Part shown: positions 38,838 through 50,166 of the stretch, piece by piece | How positions within the stretch are numbered: position 1 is the first letter of the stretch | How the letters are laid out: each line of letters opens with the position of its first letter | Origin: Ignavibacteriota bacterium | GTDB taxonomy: Bacteria; Bacteroidota; Ignavibacteria; UBA10030 | Reading direction: 5' to 3' | Assembly (NCBI GenBank): GCA_963701295.1 | Contig: OY969585.1 | Coordinates: forward strand, 3,168,001-3,232,000 | DNA: 64,000 nt | Position numbers and translations under genes: made by a program | Notes under the pieces: generated by a model | The model's database searches: none | What the model was told of the DNA's origin: nothing | Seen by the model: only the letters and a program-made list of their open reading frames with translations

Positions 38838-39996
38838 CAGTTGCGTGTGTACGGTTTTTCTAGGGTACTTTTTTGATTCTGTATAGGAATTTTCGTATTC
38901 TTTCATTGCTAATACTTTTTTATATTGCTGCATCGCATCTTGCCTCTTCCCTTGTGCGTCATAAATCATGCCGATTAGTAAATTCCCGAGCGACATGAAT
39001 CCGGATGGCTCATCTTTGTCAATTTTTCTGCTCAATTCGTCGCATCGGTACAAATTGTTCAAAGCAGCATCAAATCGTCCGGCTATAAAATCAAATTTTC
39101 CAAGGTAATAGTACGCCTCACGTGCATCGTATGTGTCATATCCCAACTGTTTTTTTGAACAGCGTTTTTCGATATCTACAAAGATGTCTTTCGCTTCGCC
39201 AAGATAACCTGTGCTGACTAAACAACGGCCTACATAGCGATGGAACATGGAATTGTTCGGGTACTTCGCATGCAGCTTTCGAGCAAGTTCAAGAGCATTC
39301 GCATAGTCTTTCTCATAAACGAAATAGTTCTGCATGAGAAAATACATCGCTTCAACTTTTGCGTACTTCGCTTTTTGTGATGCTTGGCGAAGTTGCTCTA
39401 ATCCCTTCTTCCGGTCACCGCTCGGAAAGAAAATCATTGCTGGTTTAACAAATGGATAATTTTCGGGCACAACAGAAGCGTAATAATTGTAAATACCGAT
39501 TCCCAGCAAGACATCATAATTGTTCGGCTCCAGTTCGTATGCCTTTCGCACCAACGGCAACGCAACCATGCCGTCGTTGGCGGCACCAAGCCATTTGCCT
39601 CGATTTGCATGCAATCGTCCGCGAAAACCGACTGCACCTCCATTGAAGAACATTGCTGTCACATCATTAGGGTACTCATCCAATTGTTTCTCACACATGT
39701 CAATGACCACATCAAGCATTTTGTATAATTTGTCATCCTGCGACTCATCATCAAAATTACTGATGATGCGTTCCCATTGAATCATCGCCCGAAAAAAGTA
39801 TCCTGCCGGATGATCCGGACGCAGGCGAATCACTTCCGTAAAGTCTGAATCAGCTCTATCGAATTCAAAGTTGTAAAGCTTATCAATACCGCGCAGTACC
39901 TCGTTGTTCTAGAACTGGATCGTCAAGCCATTGTGATTGAGCACTGGACCAGGCAAAGAGAAGTAGAAATGCCAAAAGAAAATATATATTTCTCAC
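38837..39996 (-). pseudogene. Secreted TPR protein with two single-base frameshifts (pseudogene or sequencing error)
   Basis: The signal-peptide frame (GTG at 39996) shifts near 39905. Removing one C at 38863-38865 gives KYLEKPYTRN-TGA ending at 38837. Confidence 0.75.
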
Positions 39997-40076
39997 TTTC
40001 TTATGTGCAGCCTGATATTGAAGGGGATTGATGCTTATTGAGTCCGATAGTATCGTAATGAAAAGTTCTTCCCTCA

Positions 40077-41576
40077 TTAGATCAATTTCTTCACTAAGTA
40101 ATCTCTGAGACCTGTGCTTGCTATACGCTCCTGCACCATGCTGTCGCGGTCGCGCACGGTAACCGTCTGATCTTGCAAAGTCTGAGAATCGATTGTTATG
40201 CAATACGGTGTTCCGATTTCATCCTGCCTTCTGTACCGCCTGCCCACTGCGCCGCTGTCATCATAGAATACTCGGAAATACGTCCTCAAATCGGCTTCGA
40301 GCTTTCGTGAAAACTCCGGCATGCCATCGCGATTGACAAGTGGAAAGATTGCCGCTTTAATAGGTGCGAGCTTAGGATGAAGCTTCATCACAACACGCAG
40401 CTCCATAGTGCCTTCGGCATTGGGCGCCTCTTCTTCACGATACGAATCCACAAGGAATGCCATAAACGACCGACTTGCACCGGCAGATGTCTCGATAACA
40501 AATGGCGTAAATTTCTCCTTTGTTTCCTCATCAAAATATTTCATACTCTTGCCGGAATATTGTTCATGGCGTGACAAATCGAAATCCGTTCGATTGTGCA
40601 CACCTTCGATCTCGCCCCAACCAAATGGGAACAGGTATTCAACATCATACGCATCCTTAGCGTAATGTGCGAGTTTATCCTTAGGATGTTGATGCCATTG
40701 GAGCTTTTCTTTTGTCATTCCGAGATCGATGTACCATTGCATGCGTTCGCTGCGCCAATATTTGAACTGTTGGTCATCAGTACCGGGCTTCACAAAAAAT
40801 TGCATTTCCATTTGCTCAAACTCGCGTGTGCGGAAAAGAAAATTCTTTGTGTTGATTTCGTTTCGGAATGCTTTCCCAATTTGCGCAATGCCAAAGGGCA
40901 GTTTCTGACGCGATGCAGATTGCACATTCAAAAAGTTGACAAATATTCCCTGCGCTGTTTCCGGCCGCAAAAAGACAATCGATGATGAATCTTCCACCGG
41001 ACCAATAAATGTCTTAAACATCAGATTAAATTTGCGTGCTTCTGTGAATGTTCCTTTATTACCGCAACTAGGACATGGGAGCATCAATACGATACGTGCT
41101 ACATCTTGATCGGTCGTTACAAGTTTTGCGAATTCTTCAATGATCGTCTCATCTTTTTGCTGCCCACCAAACTTTTGTGCATCGAGTTCGCGGAGAACAT
41201 CTTTTTTCTTTCTTAATGATAAGTCGTCAAAAAGAACGTCCATCCGGTATCGTGCTTTGCACTGTTTACAATCGACCATCGGATCTGTAAAATTCTCAAC
41301 GTGTCCTGAGGCTTCCCACACGCGTGGATGCATGAGAATGGAAGCATCGAGCCCTTCTACATTCTCACGATAGGTCATGCTTTTCCACCATTGTTGTTTC
41401 AGGTTATTGAGCATCTCAACGCCCAGCGGGCCATAATCCCAGCATCCATTCAAGCCGCCGTAAATTTCACTTGATTGAAAAACGAATCCTCGTCTCTTTG
41501 CCAGAGAAACAATCTTCTCCATTGCCTTTGCTTGATCACCTGCCGTCTTTTTATTCTGGCTCATATTCTCTTGCAC
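40077..41576 (-). CDS. glyQS: Glycine--tRNA ligase (homodimeric)
   Basis: [50 protein letters not shown]. Confidence 0.96.
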   Translation of the reverse strand: MQENMSQNKKTAGDQAKAMEKIVSLAKRRGFVFQSSEIYGGLNGCWDYGPLGVEMLNNLKQQWWKSMTYRENVEGLDASILMHPRVWEASGHVENFTDPMVDCKQCKARYRMDVLFDDLSLRKKKDVLRELDAQKFGGQQKDETIIEEFAKLVTTDQDVARIVLMLPCPSCGNKGTFTEARKFNLMFKTFIGPVEDSSSIVFLRPETAQGIFVNFLNVQSASRQKLPFGIAQIGKAFRNEINTKNFLFRTREFEQMEMQFFVKPGTDDQQFKYWRSERMQWYIDLGMTKEKLQWHQHPKDKLAHYAKDAYDVEYLFPFGWGEIEGVHNRTDFDLSRHEQYSGKSMKYFDEETKEKFTPFVIETSAGASRSFMAFLVDSYREEEAPNAEGTMELRVVMKLHPKLAPIKAAIFPLVNRDGMPEFSRKLEADLRTYFRVFYDDSGAVGRRYRRQDEIGTPYCITIDSQTLQDQTVTVRDRDSMVQERIASTGLRDYLVKKLI

Positions 41577-41650
41577 TCTCTCTGATAACCAGTAATTGAA
41601 TCTTACTTATTTGTATCTTTCGTCATTGGTCGAATTTGCCATCTGCATGT

Positions 41651-42715
41651 TCATGCTACTTCAATCCTGCTTTGGTCACCGATCATAAAACGATGTACTT
41701 GCGGTTTTCCAATTGCCTCTACGACTTCAACGTCGTTGCCAAGAATGCTCCCTTCAATCCGAATACCGACATTCGTAACTTTACAATTCCGGAGAACAAT
41801 GCTATACTCAATTTCGCTGTTCCGCACTTCAGTTCTATCGCCAATGGAAGTAAATGGACCGATGTAACTGTTTTCAATAACACAATTTTTTCCGATGATA
41901 ACGGGACCGCGAATCTTGCTATTGATGATGCGCGCACCTTCCTCTATCGCGACACGACCTGCTACTTCAGATTGTTTATCCACAGTACCATCATTTCGAG
42001 GTGCGATGGTATCCAAAATCAATCGATTCGCTTCTAATAGATCGGTGGGTTTTCCGGTGTCTTTCCACCAGCCGGTAATTTCCGAGTAACCTACCTTCAA
42101 GCCGCGTTCAATAAGTAGTGTATGAGCATCGGATATTTCTAACTCACCGCGTGCGCTGGGTTTGAGGCTTTTGACTGCTTCGAAAATGTGATGATCATAC
42201 AGATAAATTCCTGCAACAGCATAGTTACTCTTCGGCTGTTTTGGTTTCTCTTCTACTCGCACAATTTTCCCATTGCGGATTTCGGGGACGCCAAATCGTT
42301 CAGGATCTTTCACTCTCGATAATGTCAGATAACAATTACATCCGCTCTTTTCAAATTCATCCACGAATCGTTTTACGCCGCCAACGAGCATATTGTCACC
42401 GAGGTAAAAAACGAACTTGTCGCCTGCAATAAACTTTTCAGCCAATTGTACGACCTGTGCAAGTCCACCTGGGGTTTCTTGCGGGATGTACGTAATCTTC
42501 ACGCCCCACTTTGCACCATCACCAATGTACTTCGGAACTTCCTGACTGTCTGCATTATGCACGATGCCAATTTCTTTGATGCCTGCATCTGCTGCCGCTT
42601 CAATGGCATAGTAGAGGATCGGTTTGTTTGCGATCGGAATAAGATGTTTATTCTGTGTGTGCGTAATAGGGCGCAACCTTGTACCACGTCCGCCGCTAGC
42701 AATAAGTGCTTTCAA
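41651..42715 (-). CDS. Glucose-1-phosphate thymidylyltransferase (long form)
   Basis: GGRGTRLRP, YLGDN, EEKP, SARGELEI, WWKDTG; hexapeptide tail. Confidence 0.92.
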   Translation of the reverse strand: MKALIASGGRGTRLRPITHTQNKHLIPIANKPILYYAIEAAADAGIKEIGIVHNADSQEVPKYIGDGAKWGVKITYIPQETPGGLAQVVQLAEKFIAGDKFVFYLGDNMLVGGVKRFVDEFEKSGCNCYLTLSRVKDPERFGVPEIRNGKIVRVEEKPKQPKSNYAVAGIYLYDHHIFEAVKSLKPSARGELEISDAHTLLIERGLKVGYSEITGWWKDTGKPTDLLEANRLILDTIAPRNDGTVDKQSEVAGRVAIEEGARIINSKIRGPVIIGKNCVIENSYIGPFTSIGDRTEVRNSEIEYSIVLRNCKVTNVGIRIEGSILGNDVEVVEAIGKPQVHRFMIGDQSRIEVA

Positions 42716-42919
42716 TGGTCATCCTTTATACTGTTTTTTAACCGGTTTTCGTGTTGACGCTTTTTGAATGCCTGTCAACTATTTTGTGCGTTAGAAAAGT
42801 CGATTCAAAATCATATGTACTATGATACAAAAATATTTCTTCTTTTGGAATTCAAGCCATTGGTTGTACAAAGTTCGAACGAGATAGAATTCAGCCATTT
42901 TTTCCAAGCATCGACAAGA

Positions 42920-43765
42920 CTATTTCTCGCTATTCACTTGCATGAATGCAGCAGCAAGATACCCAACAACTCCGCTTTTATCTCCGGTGATATCACCGGA
43001 GTTACAGTAATGCAATACCTCCACCCGATTGGCACCTAATTGTTGTGCCGTTTTCATGGCTACTGCAATAGGACCGCCACCGCATGCTTCAAAGGACTTC
43101 TTTTCCAATTCATCGATGAACACATCTGAGTTGAAACGTTCCACTTCTTGGATAACACGCTTATCAAGAAGCACAGCTTCATCATAAGCATGGAAATGCG
43201 AGAGATCACTGCTTGCGACTACAAGGACATTTTTGTTTGTCATAACACGCGCAAGTGCAGCACTCAGTTGTTCGCATAATTGCCGTCGCTGATCTCCCAT
43301 AATTATCGGTACAATTGAAAACTCCTCAAGTACACATTGGAGAAATGGTAATTGCACTTCAAGCGAATGCTCCGCGCGATGCCCTGCAACCGAGGCAACG
43401 ATGTTCTTTTCCCCCTGCAATAATTCTGATCGCACCTCATGATTGATAGGCACTTTTCCGAGAGGTGTTTTATACGCATCACCTGAGTAAATAGAAATGC
43501 CGTCAAAGTATTCTCGATGACTCGGACCAACAGCGATGACACAATCGTACTTTTTGCCTTTGAGAAGTTTAAAAGCGTGTGCAGCCGTAAATCCGGAGTA
43601 CACGTATCCCGCATGAGGTGAAACTAACGCACGTACCGTCCCTTCAACTTTCGGCAATTGTACGCGATTTAGCATTTCATCGATGTTCTTGCGGAGTGCA
43701 GCCGGTGATATCTCATAAAACATCCCAGCAACAGCCGGAGCACGTACAATTTCTTTCTCACTCAT
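42920..43765 (-). CDS. amrB: AmmeMemoRadiSam system protein B (MEMO1 family)
   Basis: RAPAVAGMFY, PHAGYVYSG, GPSH, EHSLEVQLPF, ASSDLSH, ACG. Confidence 0.93.
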   Translation of the reverse strand: MSEKEIVRAPAVAGMFYEISPAALRKNIDEMLNRVQLPKVEGTVRALVSPHAGYVYSGFTAAHAFKLLKGKKYDCVIAVGPSHREYFDGISIYSGDAYKTPLGKVPINHEVRSELLQGEKNIVASVAGHRAEHSLEVQLPFLQCVLEEFSIVPIIMGDQRRQLCEQLSAALARVMTNKNVLVVASSDLSHFHAYDEAVLLDKRVIQEVERFNSDVFIDELEKKSFEACGGGPIAVAMKTAQQLGANRVEVLHYCNSGDITGDKSGVVGYLAAAFMQVNSEK

Positions 43766-43770
43766 AAGCC

Positions 43771-44337
43771 TTATATCTCTTCTTTTTTAAATTCAGACTC
43801 TTCAAATTTTTCCACAGTGAACGTGAAAAGTTTTACCTCATTCCCTTTCCAGGCATCGGACGGTAATCCTGCTTTCAATGCTGTGTGTTTGAGAAATTGT
43901 TCTCGATCCCATCCGTACTCCGTTGCCACCTGCGGCAGCAACAATCCACGTCTAAACCCGGCATCGATCACAAGACCATGCTTCCCGATTTCAATCTTCG
44001 TCTTATCGTGCAACTCAGAGAGCGGCGAGAGAACGGAAATTTCAATCGTGATGCTCGCCAATTCGGCCAAAGTTATCGGCATGAATCGCGGGTCTTCCAT
44101 AGCAGCCTTTACTGCCGCCTCTTGCGTTGCTTGAGCAAGTGGAAAAAAAGGCTCAACATATCCAATACAGCCGCGAAGGTTTTCGCCAATGCGAAGAGTG
44201 ACGAAAACACCAGAAGGTCGGCTCAATGATTCGCTCTTAAATTCTTTCTGCAGAAGCGGTTTTCCACCAAGTGCTGATTGAATAGAAGATCGCGCAATCT
44301 TCAGGAGTGCTCGCTTTTCTTCATTTGTTAGATTCAT
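43771..44337 (-). CDS. amrA: AmmeMemoRadiSam system protein A (AMMECR1 family)
   Basis: GVFVTL, LRGCIG, DPRF, EISVLS, LLPQV; start at MNLT. Confidence 0.93.
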   Translation of the reverse strand: MNLTNEEKRALLKIARSSIQSALGGKPLLQKEFKSESLSRPSGVFVTLRIGENLRGCIGYVEPFFPLAQATQEAAVKAAMEDPRFMPITLAELASITIEISVLSPLSELHDKTKIEIGKHGLVIDAGFRRGLLLPQVATEYGWDREQFLKHTALKAGLPSDAWKGNEVKLFTFTVEKFEESEFKKEEI

Positions 44338-44716
44338 TGAAACCCCCTTCCTCTTCACTTCCATATTGAAAGGTAGGAAGGCGTAGTCAAACAATCAATA
44401 GAATGAGTTTTCTTAAGTGGTCAATGTATTCTTCGATGATGCCATTCATTTCGATGTTTGCACCCTTTTTAGGGGAGAACTACATGCTCGCTGTTTTTGG
44501 CGAGGTGAAGTCTATTGTTCTTTGATTTCATCACGACTGTCAAAAACATCCTTTTGTACGCCGGGTAGGTTAATTCTCTCATGCGAGGTACGAGAATGAT
44601 TTAATTTTTTACTAAAACGACTTTGATTGCTTACAGATTTTCAAATCATCTGATTTCTCTTCTATCTTGATTCTCCATACCTTTCTGTGTAGATTATCGC
44701 AGAAAAAAAATAGAGG

Positions 44717-46108
44717 TTGTTATCTATGGTATTGATGGTTAGTATTTCCGGAATTCGCGGAGTTGTTGGTGAAACTCTTACACCTGAAACAATTGTTAAG
44801 TATGCTTCGGCATATGCTCTCTACTGCAATCGCGGGCACATTATAGTCGGGAGAGATGGACGCATCACTGGCAAGAACGTTTTAGATATCGTTGCTTCTA
44901 CTTTGCTGCAAATGGGGTGTGATGTAACAGATTTGGGCATCTGTCCAACACCAACGGTTGCACTTGCTATTGAAAAACTGAAAGCCGCAGGCGGTATTTC
45001 GATTACCGCCAGTCACAATCCGATGATATGGAATGGACTCAAATTCTTCGCTTCCACCGGTTTATTTTTGGATGTGGATGAAAATCGTGAGTTTTGGCGT
45101 CTTACAGAACAGCCGGCAAAATATGTTTCCTGGGACAAACAGGGCAAGTACACACTTCAAGAAACATTCCTTGATGAACATATTCGGGAAGTACTTTCAC
45201 TTTCTTACATCGATATTGGAAAAATCCGTGCACGTAAATTTAAGGTTGTTCTGGATTGCGTCAATTCAGCTGGGGGAATTATTGTCCCGCGTTTGCTGAA
45301 TAAACTTGGCTGCGAAATCATTCCGATCCATTGTGATATGACCGGTATTTTTGGACACACACCGGAACCGATTCCTGAAAATCTCACCTCGCTCTGTACC
45401 AAAGTGCGCGAGCAACACGCCGATATTGGCATCGCTGTTGATCCAGACGTCGATCGTCTCGTCCTTATCAATGAAAAAGGTGAACCGTTCGGAGAAGAAT
45501 ATACCATTGCATCCTGCACAAAATTTATTTTGGGAAAAGTATTCACTCAAAATCTCAAATCTCAAATCGGCAATGATCAATCTTTGAAAGTTGTCATCAA
45601 TCTTTCCACAACCCGCGCAGTGGAAGACATCGTCAAGCAATATAGAGCGTCGACTCTTCATACTCCCGTTGGTGAAATTAACGTAGCCAAGAAGATGAAG
45701 GAAGTCGGCGCAGTAATTGGCGGTGAAGGAAGCGGCGGCGTTATTCTTCCGGAAGTCCATCTCGGCCGTGATGCTATTGTTGGAATTGTGCTTGTTCTCC
45801 AGCATCTTGCTGAATTCGGTGGAACATTATCAGAATTGAAAGCTACCCTGCCGCAGTATTATATCACGAAAGGAAAAATCGATCTCGGCACTTTGAATCC
45901 AGATGCAATTCTCAAAAAACTGATGGCTGATCATTCTGTGAGCGGTGCTATTAACACAGATGATGGATTAAAGATTGATTTCTCAGAATCATGGGTACAC
46001 CTGAGGAAATCGAACACCGAGCCGATCATCCGCATCATCGCGGAGGCGCACACTAAAGCTGAAGCTGATGAACTCGTAAAGAAATTCACAGCGAAGATTC
46101 TTGCGTGA
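44717..46108 (+). CDS. glmM: Phosphoglucosamine mutase / phosphohexomutase
   Basis: SISGIRG, ITASHNP, DPDVDR, GGEGSGG, RKSNTEP. Confidence 0.88.
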   Translation: MLSMVLMVSISGIRGVVGETLTPETIVKYASAYALYCNRGHIIVGRDGRITGKNVLDIVASTLLQMGCDVTDLGICPTPTVALAIEKLKAAGGISITASHNPMIWNGLKFFASTGLFLDVDENREFWRLTEQPAKYVSWDKQGKYTLQETFLDEHIREVLSLSYIDIGKIRARKFKVVLDCVNSAGGIIVPRLLNKLGCEIIPIHCDMTGIFGHTPEPIPENLTSLCTKVREQHADIGIAVDPDVDRLVLINEKGEPFGEEYTIASCTKFILGKVFTQNLKSQIGNDQSLKVVINLSTTRAVEDIVKQYRASTLHTPVGEINVAKKMKEVGAVIGGEGSGGVILPEVHLGRDAIVGIVLVLQHLAEFGGTLSELKATLPQYYITKGKIDLGTLNPDAILKKLMADHSVSGAINTDDGLKIDFSESWVHLRKSNTEPIIRIIAEAHTKAEADELVKKFTAKILA

Positions 46109-46405
46109 TGAAGAGAGTATTGGTTTGTGCCGTTTGTGGCATCTTTTACGACCGGAACAATTCGCTCCTTGCTTCTTTGCTTATTTCAGAATATTATCTG
46201 GAAAGAATTCGTTTGAACATTTATCCCGGTGTTATTTTTGCATCGTCCTTTTCGCCTGGACTTTTCTTTACTCTCGGTGAAGGCGGCACGTACGCAGCAT
46301 GTATGACGATGAAAATTTCTCCGGTGGGAATTGGATTGTATTCGCCGCATTAACCTAGAACCGGTTAATGATATTTACTCAATACTCGTAACAATATATT
46401 TTTTT

Positions 46406-47500
46406 ATGATGAACGTTCGCGCGCTTCTCAGACTTTCTTCCGTGCCACGCATTGGCCCGCAAAAAATTCGCGCACTTGTTGCGTATTTCAAATCCCCTGA
46501 AAATGTTTTTCAAGCGCCGGCACGCGAATTGATCGCTGTTCCGGGAATCGATAAGAAACTCGCCTCGAACATCCTTCACCACACCGATGGCGAGAAGTTT
46601 GCTGACGACCAACTGAAGCGGCTGAATAAACTTGGGGGCAGAATTGTAACCGTATGGGACAAAGAGTACCCCGATCTGCTTCGCAAAATTTATGATCCGC
46701 CTGCTTTCCTTTTTGTGCACGGGAAATTTAAAGAACTCGACTCGCGCGCTATTGCTCTCGTAGGCACACGCCATCCTACTTCATACGGTCATTCTGTTGC
46801 AGAGAATATGACACGCGATCTCGCCAAGCAATCCATCACTATTGTCAGCGGGCTTGCGCGCGGAATTGATACGATTGTTCATTCGACAGCATTAAAATGC
46901 GGCACGCGGACTATCGCCGTTATCGGTTCCGGTTTAGATGTTCCGTATCCCCCTGAAAACAAAAAGCTTTTGGACCATATTGCCGAAGAAGGAGCAGTCG
47001 TCTCAGAGTTTCCAATGGGAACAAAACCTGATGCATCAAACTTTCCGAGACGCAATCGTATTATCAGCGGATTGACACTCGGTACTGTTGTCATAGAATC
47101 AGCAGAAGACGGCGGTGCACTCATTACTGCAACCACTGCACTTGATCAAGATCGCGAAGTGTTCGCAGTTCCCGGCAATATTACAGAGAAGCGAAGTGGT
47201 GGATCGAACAAACTCATCCGCGATGGTCGCGCAAAACTTATTACTTGTGTGGAAGATATTTTTGCAGAGCTTCGACTTCAACTTCGCTTCTCTCTTGATG
47301 TACCAATGCAGAAACCCGCCATTGAGTTGACCCTGACTGAACACACTATTCTGGATTTTTTAAGCTCAGAACCAATTCATATCGATACTCTTGCCGAACA
47401 AGCGGATTCTTCGACTTCTGACGTTCTAGTTACTCTTCTTTCGTTAGAATTTAAAGGTATGGTACGTCAATTACCGGGAAAATTGTTTATCCGGTCATAA
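46406..47500 (+). CDS. dprA: DNA-processing protein DprA
   Basis: VGTR, VSGLARGID, FPRRNRIISG, REVFAVPG; start reassigned to ATG at 46406. Confidence 0.94.
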   Translation: MMNVRALLRLSSVPRIGPQKIRALVAYFKSPENVFQAPARELIAVPGIDKKLASNILHHTDGEKFADDQLKRLNKLGGRIVTVWDKEYPDLLRKIYDPPAFLFVHGKFKELDSRAIALVGTRHPTSYGHSVAENMTRDLAKQSITIVSGLARGIDTIVHSTALKCGTRTIAVIGSGLDVPYPPENKKLLDHIAEEGAVVSEFPMGTKPDASNFPRRNRIISGLTLGTVVIESAEDGGALITATTALDQDREVFAVPGNITEKRSGGSNKLIRDGRAKLITCVEDIFAELRLQLRFSLDVPMQKPAIELTLTEHTILDFLSSEPIHIDTLAEQADSSTSDVLVTLLSLEFKGMVRQLPGKLFIRS

Positions 47501-47543
47501 TTCTCATTGCTTTCCTATAAGTGGAATTTTCGCTATACTACAT

Positions 47544-48143
47544 TTGGTTATATCAGGTAAAAAGATGATTGAGATTCAAAAAACTATTGTGGAAAACAAT
47601 ATTCCGGAAATCAGATTTGCATGCAACACCTCCGCGTGCAAAGGTGCCTGTTGTACAATAGCCGGAGGCCAAGGCGCTCCATTACTCGATGAAGAACTCG
47701 AACAAATTGAACATTCTTTCCCTATTATCAAATCGTATCTTCCACAAGCGCATCTCGATACCATAGTGCAATTCGGACTTTTTGAAGGCGAGCCAAAAGC
47801 GTACACCACTATGTGTTTTAACAATCGGGCATGTGTTTTTGTACTGTACGAAGAAGGAATTGCACGATGTGCCTTTGAGAAAGCATATTTAGAAGGCAAA
47901 TTAAAATGGAGGAAACCTCTTTCCTGCCATCTCTTCCCCATTCGGATAGATCATGGGATATCACATCGATTACGATATGAGCGAATCTCGGAATGCAACC
48001 CTGCATTAAGCTACGGCGAGCTGAAGAATATATATTTAAGCAATTTTCTGAAGGAACCGCTCGTGCGTGCGTTTGGTTCTACTTGGTACGAAGAATTCCA
48101 ATTCAAGTGTGGATGGGAACAAAAAGAGACAGAGGCATTCTAG
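47544..48143 (+). CDS. DUF3109 family Cys-rich protein
   Basis: FACNTSACKGACC, GAPL, ACVF, CAFE, KPLSCHLFPIR. Confidence 0.85.
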   Translation: MVISGKKMIEIQKTIVENNIPEIRFACNTSACKGACCTIAGGQGAPLLDEELEQIEHSFPIIKSYLPQAHLDTIVQFGLFEGEPKAYTTMCFNNRACVFVLYEEGIARCAFEKAYLEGKLKWRKPLSCHLFPIRIDHGISHRLRYERISECNPALSYGELKNIYLSNFLKEPLVRAFGSTWYEEFQFKCGWEQKETEAF

Positions 48144-48164
48144 GAATTCATCAAGAACGAAAAG

Positions 48165-49598
48165 ATGATCAATCTTTCACAACAACTTCGGCTTGGACTC
48201 AGACTTACTCCACAACAGGTACAGTATCTTAAACTGCTCCAGCTGCCAACCCTTTCACTCGAACAGAGGATAAAACTGGAGCTTGAGTTGAATCCTATGC
48301 TCGAGCTGAACGAGGAGCAGGAATTAACACTTGAGCAGGAAGATCAAGCAGAGGAACCAGAAGAAAAAGTTGAAGAAAGCCAAACCGAAGACGATTACAC
48401 GATAGAAGATTACATCAACGACGATCTTTCGGGATTTAAAAGCCCTGAGGCATCCAAATCAAAAGATGAAGATGATACATACGAGTCGCCGATGCCTTCC
48501 ACTATTCCGCTCTCTGAACGGCTCCTTAGCCAACTGAAAATGTCCGTAACGGATGATGAAGAGATACTTCTTGCAGAAGAAATTCTCGGCAATGTAGATG
48601 AAGACGGTTACCTGCGTCGCGAGTTGACTCTTATTGTTCAAGACCTCAACTTCAGCTATGGGCTTACTCTTACCGTTGACAAAGCTGAACAGGTTCTTCA
48701 GAAAATCCTTCTTCTCGACCCACCCGGCATCGCTGCAAGAAATCTCCAGGAGTGTCTTATCGCTCAACTTCATGCAGGCAAATATGCACATTCCCTGAAA
48801 GAACTCGGCATTAGAATCCTGACAACCTTCTTCGAAGATTTCAAGCTAAAACGGTTTGATAATCTCGAACAGAACCTTACGATCAGCCGCGAAACATTGA
48901 AAAAAGTCATCGAAGTCATCCAACACCTCAACCCGAAGCCGGGTGAAGGCGAATTTACGGCACAAGAGAATTATATTACACCGGATTTCATTGTAGAGAA
49001 GGATAACGGCGATTTCATTATCACCCTCAATGATCGCAACATTCCGGCGTTGCGAATCAACAGCGCCTACAAACAATTGGTAACGCCGAAAGGGAAAAAA
49101 GTTTCTGCAGAAACTAAGGATTTCGTAAAGAAAAAATTTGAAGCAGCAAAATGGTTCATCGCTTCCATTCACCAGCGGCGCGAGACATTGATGAAGGTCA
49201 TGAAAATCATCGTCGAGAAGCAGCGGCACTGGTTTGAAGAAGGTGAGTCATTGAAACCCATGATTTACAAGGATATTTCAGAAATAGTAGGCGTGGATAT
49301 TTCTACAATCAGCCGTGTTGTTAACAGCAAATATGTGCAGACAGAATTCGGCGTTCATTCCCTGCGATTTTTCTTTACTTCCGGGCTTGAATCCGACAAT
49401 GGTGAAGATATTTCCAACCAAGTTGTTAAACAGCGCGTCAAAGATATCATTGCCGCGGAACACCCGCAGGATCCGTTGAATGACGATAAGATCGCTGAAA
49501 TACTGAAACAAGAAGGAATTCGTATTGCCCGGCGTACTGTGGCAAAATATCGCGAACAAATTGGTCTTCCTATTGCCAGGATGCGCAGGAAGGTTTGA
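48165..49598 (+). CDS. rpoN: RNA polymerase sigma-54
   Basis: Q/L-rich region I, NPMLE, STISR, RpoN box [10 protein letters not shown]. Confidence 0.97.
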   Translation: MINLSQQLRLGLRLTPQQVQYLKLLQLPTLSLEQRIKLELELNPMLELNEEQELTLEQEDQAEEPEEKVEESQTEDDYTIEDYINDDLSGFKSPEASKSKDEDDTYESPMPSTIPLSERLLSQLKMSVTDDEEILLAEEILGNVDEDGYLRRELTLIVQDLNFSYGLTLTVDKAEQVLQKILLLDPPGIAARNLQECLIAQLHAGKYAHSLKELGIRILTTFFEDFKLKRFDNLEQNLTISRETLKKVIEVIQHLNPKPGEGEFTAQENYITPDFIVEKDNGDFIITLNDRNIPALRINSAYKQLVTPKGKKVSAETKDFVKKKFEAAKWFIASIHQRRETLMKVMKIIVEKQRHWFEEGESLKPMIYKDISEIVGVDISTISRVVNSKYVQTEFGVHSLRFFFTSGLESDNGEDISNQVVKQRVKDIIAAEHPQDPLNDDKIAEILKQEGIRIARRTVAKYREQIGLPIARMRRKV

Positions 49599-49621
49599 TT
49601 CAACGATGGAGACAACTATTC

Positions 49622-50161
49622 ATGCAGGATAAACAGATACACGCAACGACAATTATTGGACTAAGGCATAATGGCCATGTTGCTATCGGCGGTGATGGGC
49701 AAGTGACGCTTGGCACTACGGTTATGAAGCAAAAATCAAACAAGATTCGAAGACTCTACAATGATTCCGTTCTTGTGGGATTTGCCGGCTCAGCAGCGGA
49801 TGCTTTTAGTCTGCTGGAACGGTTTGAGGAAAAACTGGAACAATACCAAGGACAGCTTGCACGTGCAGCTGTCGAACTCGCCAAACTATGGCGGACAGAT
49901 AAATATCTTCGTCAACTTGAAGCATTGCTTGCTGTGCTCGATAAGGAACATGCACTCATTATCTCCGGCACCGGTGATGTTATTGAACCTGACGACGGTA
50001 TCGTCGCGGTGGGTTCGGGTGGAAGCTATGCACTGGCAGCAGCGCGAATGCTCACCAAACATTCGAATATGGGCGTAAAAGAAATTGTACAGGAATCTCT
50101 CAACGCCGCTTCGGATATCTGTATTTATACAAATAAAAATTTCACTATCGAAGAATTGTAG
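49622..50161 (+). CDS. hslV: HslV protease subunit
   Basis: [41 protein letters not shown]. Confidence 0.96.
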   Translation: MQDKQIHATTIIGLRHNGHVAIGGDGQVTLGTTVMKQKSNKIRRLYNDSVLVGFAGSAADAFSLLERFEEKLEQYQGQLARAAVELAKLWRTDKYLRQLEALLAVLDKEHALIISGTGDVIEPDDGIVAVGSGGSYALAAARMLTKHSNMGVKEIVQESLNAASDICIYTNKNFTIEEL

Positions 50162-50166
50162 GTACC

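Noticed and set aside
38091-39833. Genuine 580-aa TPR-ZIP fusion protein
   Set aside because: A single-base correction restores a stop overlapping the ZIP start, and the same gene has a second frameshift.
44385-44600. Stop-codon readthrough gene (minus-strand frame with an internal TAG)
   Set aside because: No clear start or recognisable family, and TAG terminates normal genes here (hslV, hslU); more likely a decayed remnant.
46105-46353. 82-aa ORF between glmM and dprA
   Set aside because: No motif or RBS; the opposite strand has a multi-stop frame suggesting debris, so it cannot be supported.
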